Shown: piece after piece, positions 50,352 through 61,320 of the stretch
Position numbering within the stretch: the first letter of the stretch is position 1
Layout: every line of letters starts with the position of its first letter
Source of the DNA: Marsupella aquatica
Lineage: Eukaryota > Plantae > Marchantiophyta
Reading direction: 5' to 3'
Assembly (NCBI GenBank): GCA_973895155.1
Contig: OZ316895.1
Location: 16,968,170 to 17,032,169 of the forward strand
DNA length: 64,000 nt
Program-made: the position numbers and the translations under genes
Notes under the pieces: generated by a model
What the model was told of the DNA's origin: nothing
The model's input: only the letters and a program-made list of their open reading frames with translations
Database searches by the model: none

Positions 50352-53300
50352 ATGGCACAATTGCCACAGAATACGTTAGGTGTGGGTAGAACTCCAAAGT
50401 TACCGCTCTTCCATCCAGCTAGAGTACAACATCGTGATGATGCTTTGTGGGTTCGAGAACAGAAGGCCTGCCACAAGAGTGGGGACCATAAGATGTACTG
50501 CCCTTGTGTGAACTGCAAAGGGAATTATAGGACTAATCGGAATACTGCTAGACTGCACCTTATTAAACATGGTCGGTACCCTGCATGTCGAGTGTGGGTG
50601 GGAGAGGGACAGGACTCTTCTGATGAAGAGTGGGGTGCTGACTACATGTCACAACATGGCCCTGAGGCATTGAGGGTAGCAAACCTTCAGCAGGCAACCT
50701 GTGCACAACAGCCAACTGTAGATGTTGAAGAACATTTATTTGTAGATGTTCCAGAGTATCCAACTGTGGATGTTCAAGAACATCCAACTATAGATGTCGA
50801 AGAACATATCAGGGCTCTACTGGAAGAAACGTTGCTGAGAACCAGTGAAGAATCCCCTGAGCATGAGCTAGATGATCAGGACCGTTTTGACTTGGATTTT
50901 GTACTTGGGGATGATGAGAGTGAAGGAGGTGCCCATCCTGTAAACCCCCTTGAAACCTCCAAAACTCCTGTGGAGACTGATCCTGCACAGTTATCTTTAG
51001 ATGCAGCAATGCAACCTTTGTTCCCAGGCAGCAAAATAGATGTTGTGTCATTCATGTTGCTTCTGCTGAACATCTGTCATGGCCATGGATTCTCAAACAA
51101 AGGAGTGAATGCATTGTTGTCTTTGATGGGGGAGCATGGTATGCCTACAGAGCATAATCTGCCCAAGAACTTATATGCTGCAAAGCAGCTATTGAGAAAG
51201 CTTGGCTTGGATTATGAGAGAATCCCTGTCTGTGAGAAAGGTTGTATGCTCTTTAGGGGTGAGAATGCCAAGTTAGAAAACTGTTCAGTGTGTCAGCAGC
51301 CCAAGATGAAGAGAGTGGGGAATTCATTACAGGCAAGGAAGGTAGTGCGGTATTTCCCTATAATTCCCAGGTTGAAGAGATTGTATGCCACTGCTGGTAC
51401 ATCTAAACTCATGACTTGGCATCATGAGAATAGAAGCACAGACAACATGGTTCGGCACGCAGCAGATTCAAAGGCTTGGAAGCATGTGGATACAAATATT
51501 GATCGGGAATTTGCAGCTGAACCAAGGAATGTGCGATTTGGGTTGGCACTTGATGGGGTGAATCCCTTTGGGAATAATTCCACAGCTTGGTCTACCTGGC
51601 CAATACTGTTGTTGAATTACAATTTACCTCCTTGGCTTACCACCAAGAAGTTCTTTGTCATGCTAGCTATGCTGATTCCAGGACCTGATTCAGTAATAGA
51701 GGAACAGCTAGACATAATATTGGGCCCATTCTATGAGGAGTTGGAGCTGTTGTGGAAGAAAGGAGTGCCCTGCTTTGACAAATTGCCACGCCCAGGATTG
51801 TCTCAACACTTCAACCTTAGGGCTGTGCTATTGTGGACAATCAATGATTACCCTGCATATGGTTTAATATCTGGACAACAACACTCTGGATACAAAGGAT
51901 GTGTCATCTGTGGGCCAGAATGTGTGGCACGTGGTTCTAAGCACTTGCAGAAATTAGAGTACAGTGGCCACCGTCGATGGTTAGCAGCAAGGCATCTTTT
52001 TCATAGACCAGATAGTGCACAATACTTTGATGGTGCAATTGAGAGTCGACCTGCACCGTGTAGAATGACAAGCTCTGATAGAAAGAAGTGGGGAGACGAG
52101 ACAACAGAATATTTGAAGAAGGGAGGAACCAAGGTTGAGGATGAGAAATGCCCCATAAAGGTGCATGGAGTGAAGAGGGCTACTGGTCTGTACAAGTTGC
52201 CCTATTGGAATGTAAGACTCCATACTACTACAATGAATTTCTGCAATCTCTTCATATGACTTTGAAATATATTCTCTTCATATACTTCCTGTAGCCCAGA
52301 TTTTGTAATTGTTGTATTCAATGCACTAATTTCTAAATTGTGTCCACTGCACAACTACTGCCCAGTGATGCCAAAAGTTGTATTCAATGCCCTAATTTCT
52401 GAATTGTGTGTCCACTGCAGAAACTACTCATTAACCATTGTCTAGATCCCATGCACTGTGAGAAGAATCTTGCACACAACATTGTGCACACTATCATTGG
52501 GACCAAGGACACTCCTTCTGTGAGAGAAGACATGAAGCTCTTACAGGTGCGCCAACACCTATGGCTTGTACCCAATCCAGCTCCCAAGCGTAAGGATGAC
52601 AAATTGTTGATGCCCCCAGCCCCATATTGCCTGAGCAAGAAGGAAAGAACAAGGTTCTTGGAGGTTTTATTGACCTTGAAAGGGCCCACTGGTTTTTCAA
52701 GTTCTTTGGCAAAGTGTGTTACAAAATCCAAGAAACTCTCTGGGTTGAAATCACATGATTTCCACCAACTCATGCAACAGATTCTCCCTCTGGCAACAAT
52801 GGGATTACTTGATGAAGGGGTTCGCTTGGCCATAGCTGGGGTGAGCAATATCTATCGCCAGATCTGTACGAAGGTGTGGGACCCTTCAATGTATGAGAAT
52901 TTGATGATGGATGTTGCATTCACTCTCTGCATTTTGGAAATCCATTTTCCACCAAGCTTCTTTGATGTCATGACCCATTTAATGATTCACCTAGTGGAGG
53001 AATTAGACTTGTGTGGCCCAGTTACAGGCAGATGGATGTACCCAATAGAGAGGAACCTGAAGGTATTGAAGGGTTATGTACGAAACAAGGCACGTCCAGA
53101 GGCTTCTATGGCTGAAGGCTATGTATTAGATGAGTCTTTGGGATTTCTTTCTGAATACATGATTGATGCAAAGGGAGAGGGAAAACGAACCTGGGAGTTG
53201 GAGGAGGATGCTGGCGTTGCAGGCATTGTTTTGGAAGGGGCTGCAAAGGCGATAACTTTGGATTGGTCTGAAATGATGGCCATGCATCATTATATATTAG

Positions 53301-54320
53301 AGAATGAAGAGACAGTGGCTCCATGGTACAGGTACATAAACCCTAGAAACTCTCCTATCCTTAGGCATATGGATCATAATTATGTTGCCCCATTGTGTTT
53401 GTATATTCATGGTGGATCGTGCACTAATGTCTTCAGTGTTGTTGTTGCCATGCAGGATATATGATGCTACCAATGAGACTGTTACCAAACGAAGAGTGGA
53501 TTTCCGGAAGGAGTGGATGAGGAAGCCTGCCAATCGAAGAAAACCAGTGGAATTTCCCGTAGACTGCCAAGAATTGCCACCTTTCAGGGAATGGTTTCAA
53601 ACATTAGTCAATACCCATAATTTTGAGAAAGAGTTTGAGCGGTCATTACTATCTGCATACTCCACACCACCTAGTTTGAAGGCACGACTGTATAGGGCAT
53701 GTAGAGCCTATGGGCACCATTGGAGGACTATTCCATCCTTGGGGTGTTTGAGTGATTGTGATTCTGGTGCTTTCAGCACTTTTGATTCTGGGATGGCTTC
53801 TACATTCACTGAGAAGCGAGTGGACAGGTCTGGTGCAACCATAGAAGAATCTGTACAGTATGTAGGGGCCTTGACAGATATCTTGGTACTGAATTATGGC
53901 AGCTTGAGGAAAGAGGTGATTCTTTTCAAAGGGAAATGGGCAGATCCATCATGGACTCCTAAATCCTCAGCCAGTATGAGGTATACCAAGTCTGGTCTTT
54001 GGCAGGTGAATTTCCATAGAGAACTGGGTGTGTCCAAGAAAATGGATTACGTTTTCCCAAAGCAAGTGGAGCAGGTTTTCTTCCACCCCAATGAGAAGGG
54101 GATAGCATGGAGAACAATCCTCCACAAAGAATCCAGGTCCACAAGGGTGTTAGGTGATTACACAGACGTTGATTTCCATGCTACAATGGAAAACAATGCC
54201 AAATTACACATCGAATTGGCTAAGGCCTGTAGGTCCAGAGAAAATCCAGGACCAAGTACTGGTCCCAAACGAGGCAGAGATGCAGAGGGATCTGCAAGAA
54301 AGGGCAGGCCTAAGCAGTGA
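50352..54320 (+). CDS. CACTA TnpD/Tnp2 transposase (exons 50352-52211, 52421-53331, 53456-54320; 1211 aa), apparently intact
   Basis: CPCVNC (transposase-associated domain), CEKGCMLF..CSVC, YFPIIPRLKRLY, LALDGVNPF (D), TINDYPAYG (D), DPMHCEKN, GLKSHDFH, PPSFFDVMTHL, WMYPIER (E), DUF4216-like VFPKQVEQVFF. Splice phases are consistent. Confidence 0.92.
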
Positions 54321-54418
54321 ATAGGTTTTAGCTAGGTGTGTGAAGTCCATAGATGGACTACATGTATGGACTATTTATGAAATCAGACTAATGGTTTACC
54401 CATTTGTGCAGTTGGTGA

Positions 54419-57400
54419 ATGCAGCCTGTGAAAGGAAGATTGCAAGGGTTGTCACATTCTGTGAATCCTTATGAGGAGGCCCGAAATCGGAACATAGAGC
54501 ATAATGTCAGAATTATGCGTGATCTAGGACTGGGGCCAGACTGCAAGCTGATGTGTGTGTTGATATGTCTATTGCAAATTTGATTCAGTAGATGGAGTTG
54601 TCAGGTTCATGTTCTGTTTTCATATTCCAGATTGGTCTCATACTAGTATGGATCCTGTACATAAGTACTAGTGTTACGGTGTTGTAGATTCATTTTGCAT
54701 GTATGTTTGATCTGCATTGGTGTATGTTGATGATTGCTTTGTTCCTTAGAGGCCCAACCACACATGTACAACGAGAGAGAGGAAAGCCTGCTTTGGTGAA
54801 AGGTACTTCAACTGAAACATTGCCAAAGAGGAGGAGCTCTAGACTATCAGAAGTTACCAAGGTGAACATGGCAGAGTTTGGTGATGATGGCTATGGTTCT
54901 CCTTCTGAGTATGACACTGAGGATTCTGACATTGGAGGGTCAGAACCAGAGAGTGCACAACAGGTAATGCTTGAACTTCATCATCCTAATAGGAAGGGAT
55001 CCTTGTCCCTTTTTCAAATTATATGTTGATATGCTTACGTTGTCCATGATGTAGGTACAGAAACAAAATCGTGGTCCTAAGAAGACTGGGCCTGGTGGAG
55101 GTGGGCTAGTGAGATGTTGGAAAGACCCAGACACTGGACTCTTATATGAAAGTGAGTGGATTGTATTGTTCTACTTTTCAGGTGTGTTTGGAAGTTGATA
55201 TTCTACTTGGAAATGAAATTAATTGAAGTGCTTTGGTGTTGTGTGTTTGTTTAGTGGTTCCATCAGCATCTGAAGGCAGATCAGGTCAATCTGATGTACT
55301 ACATTCCAGAGGATCTTCAGGTAATACACAATCTGCTCGTCATGCATATGCAAGTACATTTGCTCAACTTTTCAATCATGTACATATTTTTTGATTGAAT
55401 GCATGTGTGTGCATTGCAGGAGGGGCCTCTGAGATGCGCAGGGAACGAAGGCATGCTAAGAAGCAGTTTGATAATACTGCCAAACAACGAAGGGATTGCG
55501 GAGAGGTGCCCAAACACATTAAAGTGAGTATTGTACTTGTTTGTAGATTTAGACAAATCTGATCCTCTCTGTTGTTGTGTGTATAAAACTTGGACTCTGC
55601 ATAAATTCCAGAGTTATGATCTGACATTGTCTGTGAAATGCAGATTTATGACAATGATATTGATGATTCTGATGGCAACAAACAATACTGGCTGGAGGAA
55701 CTTCGTGGCAACGTACTCAGAGTCTTTGATGTATCAAAGCCAAAATGGACTGATCATCCACAAGTTCATACAACCACAGTGTGGAATAACATGGCAGCTG
55801 AGTGGGAGTATGTGGGTGGGGAATTTATTAACACCAAATTCCAGAGTCATTGTCGTGGCATATTGAAGAGAGAGCGCCATAAAATGCATGTTTATTGGAA
55901 GAAAGTTTGCAATGAGGATCCAACCAAACCTGGGTCATCTGGTGTTGATCCAAAGAAATGGGCAGCTTTGGTATCTCATTTTACCAGTCCAGCATTGATA
56001 TCTTTGAGTAAACATATGACTGATAAAAGAGCACGAGTGCAAGATACCTCTCACTTTGGAAGGGGAGGGCATGCTGCAGCAGCAAAGAGAATGGTAAATT
56101 GTCTATCATTTTCACTATCAATTCTGTCTTGTTTGTGAATCTTGATGAAAACAAACTCTGTGATTTCTCATTCATTGTGTGTTTGAACAGAAGCAGAAGA
56201 GAGGATCAAGCCCAGGTATATCTGACCTAAAAGAAAACCATGGTAGTCAGGGTTCATTGCCAAAGGTGACAATGAGCCCATCATTGGCAAGTGCAGAAGG
56301 TCAGACTGGTAGTTTTGTGGGAGCAAAGGTGAGCCCATCATTGGCAAGTGGGGAGGGTAAAAGTGCTAGCTTACTGGGGCAAGGAAACAGACATGGATCA
56401 GCTGTGAGTATTGTCATACCAATTTGATTTGTACATCATTCTCCATTTGACAGAGCCAGTGTTGTGTCGTTTGTAAGTTTGACAGTGAGACTGTTGTGTT
56501 GGTTTGTGGTTCATTTACAGACCCCACATTCAAAAGAAGAGATCACTGCCATTGGGGCTGTGAAATTGGATGTCGCTGAGTTGAAAGGCACTGTGAGGGA
56601 GTTGACAAACATGATGACTACGTGGATGGCACATCACCCCAATAATGCACAAGTTCCAACAGTTGTGCCTAGTCACAGTAAGTTGACTACAACTACCAAA
56701 CAAGGTAGTAGAAAGCGATCTCTTACTTTTTCAGGCGATAATGAAGGTAAAATTCTCTATCATGTATACACTGTCCATTCAATGTAATTATTGTGATGTG
56801 TATATGTCATTGCATGTTTATAATATTCTTGCATGTTTTTAGTGTGATTATATGTTGCTGGTGTATACATGTTTGTTTATGCATTTCTTTTGTGTGTGTT
56901 TTATGACAGCATCTTTAGGGGAGCCTCCTGTGTCGCAGGGAAGACCAACTGACACAGCTAACAGTACTCTAAAGCAAACTGAATTGGAAGTGAACCTTTT
57001 GCCATCTAAGTTGCCCAAAGAAGCCATTTCAGATGCCTTTCAGTTGCCAGAGGATAAGTCGACTCAGTTGACACCAGATGTAACCCCAGAATCATCTGAG
57101 TTGCCAAAAGAAACTCCCATTCCAAGTGAACAGGATGACACTCCATCAACTAGAAAGGGAAAGAAGAAAAGGAAGAAAGGATCCTCAGCAAATGCATCAC
57201 CTGCACAGAAGAAACCAATGCAGTCTCCTAACCCCGTTGCAAAGGTAAATGTGTGTTTGATTTGAGTGTTCTTCTATCTTTCAATTTCTGTTTATTGCAT
57301 TTTTAACAAAATGTGTTGTTCACAGTTTGCAAGAGGAGATTTGGTGAAGATGAAGAGCGTTGTGGACAATTCCATGATAGTGGCAGAAGGTGAGGTGACA

Positions 57401-57586
57401 GGGCTGCCAGGAGAAGATAAGTTTCATTGTGCAGATTTTGAAAGCCCTTTCTTGCGAGTGCGTGTGATTGAAGTGTTTGTAGATGTGGCATTGCCATTTG
57501 CCAATTCAGGGGAGAACCAGTCTAAATTATCTGATGTGAAAGGGATGAATGCCCTATGGAACTCTAGATTGCTTAAGAAGCAATAG
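54419..57586 (+). CDS. CACTA TnpA-like protein (multi-exon; exon structure approximate)
   Basis: First exon MQPVKGRL..YEEARNRNIEHNVRIMRDLGL. Ptta/Transposase_24-like exon (W..LVSHF..S..M..KR..H.GRGG). Coiled-coil exon. Last exon VAEGEV..FHC..RVRV..VALP..LWN (TNP1-like). Confidence 0.75.
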
Positions 57587-57934
57587 AAATAGCACTCTAT
57601 CAAGAAACAATAGACATGATACAATGACAACTCTGTTTTTCTATAAACATGCAGAGTGATTGGTATGTCAGGTTGTAACAATTGACAATCTAATATTATT
57701 GATGTCAATGTAATTTTGTTTCATAAATTTGCATTGAGTTCAATATTTACCGTGAGACTTATGAAGGTATCTTGTATGAATATCAATTGGATTTGTGATA
57801 TATATCGAATGTTTCTTTAAGTTTTCATTTAGCAACTCTATTGAATGGCTTTGTAATGTATGATTTTTGATTGACATCAAGTTTTATCTATCATGATCAC
57901 TTAAATTTGAATTTCTCCAAATCATTGAATACTT

Positions 57935-58660
57935 CGTCTGAATGACTGGCTTGAATGACTGGCTTGAATGACTAAATGACTGGCTAGAATGACTGATGTA
58001 ATGGTCATTATTCACAACTATCTTTGTGACCAATATGACTCAACTCTGGTCATTAAAGACATAGACTAAATGATTCAAAGAATGACATATACAATGACCT
58101 TTCTCATGGTCATTATAAACAAGTCCACTATGACTCACTTTATGTCATTCAAGACATGTCATTAATGACTAATGTGTATCTTTACGTGTCTTCTCCCAAT
58201 TGAACCACGTGTCTCAATATGACTTGTTTATACTATAGTCATTTTGGACACGTCCAAAATGACCCAAATATATTGCCAAATGGTGAATCCTCTTTGAACC
58301 ACGTGTCACTATTTGATTTGTTATATAATGTACGTCATTTTGGACAAGTCCAAAATGACCAATGTTATTTGTTTTTTTATTGCCATGTGTCGTTGTGTGA
58401 TTGGGTACGGGGACCATCGACGGTCAACGGCAATTGACCGTCGATGGTGATTTGTGTCGTCATGTTGGACCGTTCAACATTTATGACCATATCATAAAAA
58501 TGGTCATTTAGGATAGTATGAAATGACCACATGTTTTTAGCGTCATTTGTCCAAAAGGACCGTGACCAAAATGTCCGTTGTGACGTGTCTGGAAAGACGA
58601 GAACAATTGCGTCATTGTTTTGTTAAAAAGACCTGATTAATAGTCATTGTTTCGGTCATA
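57935..58660. repeat. CACTA right subterminal repeats (AATGAC/GTCATT), including a perfect 15-bp-stem hairpin at 58413-58448
   Basis: TGAATGACTGGCT tandem copies at 57939-57995, many GTCATT/AATGAC motifs, and ACCATCGACGGTCAA-cggcaa-TTGACCGTCGATGGT. Confidence 0.85.
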
Positions 58661-61320
58661 AAATACATTGTTTTCTACTAGTGATATTTACTTCTCCTAA
58701 AACTTGTAATGATTTTAATGCCATGTCAAGATGTCTTAAAATGTATAGGCAGATTAGGTCAATGTGGTGTACTATGTACATTCCAGGTGTCTAGATGTCT
58801 TCAAATCTATGTATACTCTATGTATAGTGAGTGTTGTATCTAGCCATGTGTGCATGACGTAGTGATTGGGAAGTGGTATTTTAGGTTGGTCGTTGTTGGT
58901 GAGGCGATTGGAGATCCTGCTCACCTTGCTAATCAGAGGACGTGAACAAAGGACATCACAACAAAAGCAACACTTATGGTGAGGCAGACTGGTTGCGCAG
59001 CCTTGAGTAACTATGTCAGATGTGGGATCCTTCCATCCTAGTCTGCATGGTACTTACAGTACCCTATTGTTGCTAGGAATAACTACAGCCGGCCTCTACT
59101 TGTTTCGATACCCTTCCCAACATCCTATGTATTTGTGTCTCTCGAACACAACCCGCAATAAATTGAAGCAAGTACAATGCTTGCAGATACTGAAATTATG
59201 TTGTAGGGAAATCCAACTGTAGAATATGTTTTGTGTCATTGAAGATTAGTGTGCGTGGTATAGAGAAACACTTTGTGAAACTCTGCATTCTGATGTTAAC
59301 ATGATGAATGGTGCACACTAGTGAGGTTCTTGGATACACAAAAGAACATGAATGGAATGTGCGTATGAGTGTTATATATTGGTGCACACTAGTGAGGTCA
59401 TTTTTAGTTGTATAAGGGGGTCTTCATTACTCATTCCAAGTTGAGATGAATGACTTATACAAACCCCACAAAGTATTTCTCTTAGACATTGAGGTGATCT
59501 TTGGTTTCTACGGAACCAAAGATTTTTAGCCACTTAATGTGAGGGGGTACTCTGGTTGGCTATTAGGTGTTGTCACCTTTCTTGTAGTTTTATTGTCACT
59601 CGAGGTGCTGATTTAGATTAGTTAGGTGTAGTATGTTTGCCCATCATGGGTTTGATGGATTTTGGACCCAAGCTCTGTTTAGTTTGGTTACTCATTGGGC
59701 ATTTAGTGATGTGTTGGTCTGGACTGGGTGTGAAGGCATGAGAATCCTTCCATCTTGTTTGAATTGGTTGCTAGACCCTGTGGCTTTAAATGCTCGTTGA
59801 ATTTGTATAGTTGGGACTTTCACGTCCTCAGACTCAAAGCCGTATATTAGTTTTTGCATTTTTAATGTGATAGATCCAAGAGATTTGTTTGCTCTCGTTC
59901 TGGTAGTTATTTGGTCTTTTGACTCTGGCCTCCTTGTTGGAGTTGACCTTTTGTGGTCTTGTTCTGTTTGCGCCCCCTTGCTGTGGGGTTTTGCGCCTTT
60001 ATCTTGTCCTTTATCAATCATATTAAAAACCCTTTCAAGGAAGGTCCCATAACCATGCCTGGTCAATACTGGGAAATGTGATTCAACACAAACATAAGAG
60101 CATCATAAGAGTAGACTTAAGGGAATATCTTTATTTAAACATGAACCATGTCATTCATACCAAGAAATCAGAGATCATCTAGAGACACAATCATACATTC
60201 AAGTAGATGTAGTAGATGATGTAGGGTAAATCTGGACTAACGTATATCCCATAGGGGTAGGTAGAGTTAAGGTCCAACCATATTACATAATGACACTTTG
60301 AATCATCCAAACTTTACAATTGAATCCTGGGTAGATGATACACTAGGATGAGTATACTAACAATGCAAGCAAAAATAAATAATTTTGGTCATATCATGAA
60401 TTTTTTTCTTGATATCCTCCCAAACATAGTTTTTCCAATATTCACTTGTTGGGGCCGATTACCTGTAACTAGGGTCATTTTTAAGGGTTTTTTTATTTGC
60501 CAAGGTGGAAAATTTCCCAAGAAGGAGAAGATGCTATGAACAATCCCTTATCTAATTCGACTAGATTTATTTATTGCCATTAGATATCCCTAGATTTAAG
60601 GATAACCATCAGGTGATGATATCTCTAGGTGGAAATTGGCGAAGCCAAGCCAAAAATCCGTGAGTATTTTAGGCAAGTAACTTTTGTAATTTGCCACCGA
60701 ATATGTTGATGACAATGTCACATTTTGTTTTGTATTTACAAATATGTCCTGGTTTTGTATATGGACAACAAATTCACCAACATAACCAAGGAAACCATAG
60801 AATATGAAAGTGCGAATCTTTGAAAATACAATAAAACAGTGCAAGAGTTATGAATCTGAACAGCTGTAGTGGCTATAAAACACTGGGAGAGTTGTGAATT
60901 TGTACCCCTTGGTGGCAATGTATTTAAAAGCTCTTTAAGCAAATCTAGGGTTCTCTAAGCAAACTATGCACAACCATGCCTCTCAGGGTTTTCGTAATTA
61001 AAGAGCAATGTATTTAAAAGCTCTTTAAAGCAAAACCAGCTCACTTGAGTTGAGACTTATAGGTCTAGAGAGCACAACCCTTGGTCCCTTCTGTGGGGTT
61101 TCACAGATTTCACTTTAAAACATTAAGAAAAAAAACCTGTTGAGGCAAAAGTGGTGAAAACCTGGGTGGAATTGGGCAAATTTTTGTTACTAAAAAAATG
61201 GTCATGCAATCTTAGAGTACGCCCCACAATCCCCTCAAGGGAATGGGTCACCTTACCCCATTACTGGAAGGTGCTGACAGAAGATTAGGCCCTTTCATTC
61301 ACTCATGCCACCTTATCATT

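Larger units (their letters stand above)
40228..58683 (+). mobile_element. CACTA (En/Spm) transposon, 18.5 kb
   Basis: TIRs CACTAGAAGAAAACA (40228-40242) and TGTTTTCTACTAGTG (58669-58683). 3-bp TSD ATA (40225-40227, 58684-58686). Dense AAATGAC/GTCATT subterminal motifs at both ends; TnpD and TnpA genes inside. Confidence 0.95.

Noticed and set aside
59014-60090. Possible solo LTR (TG..CA)
   Set aside because: No matching TSD, PBS or PPT could be established.
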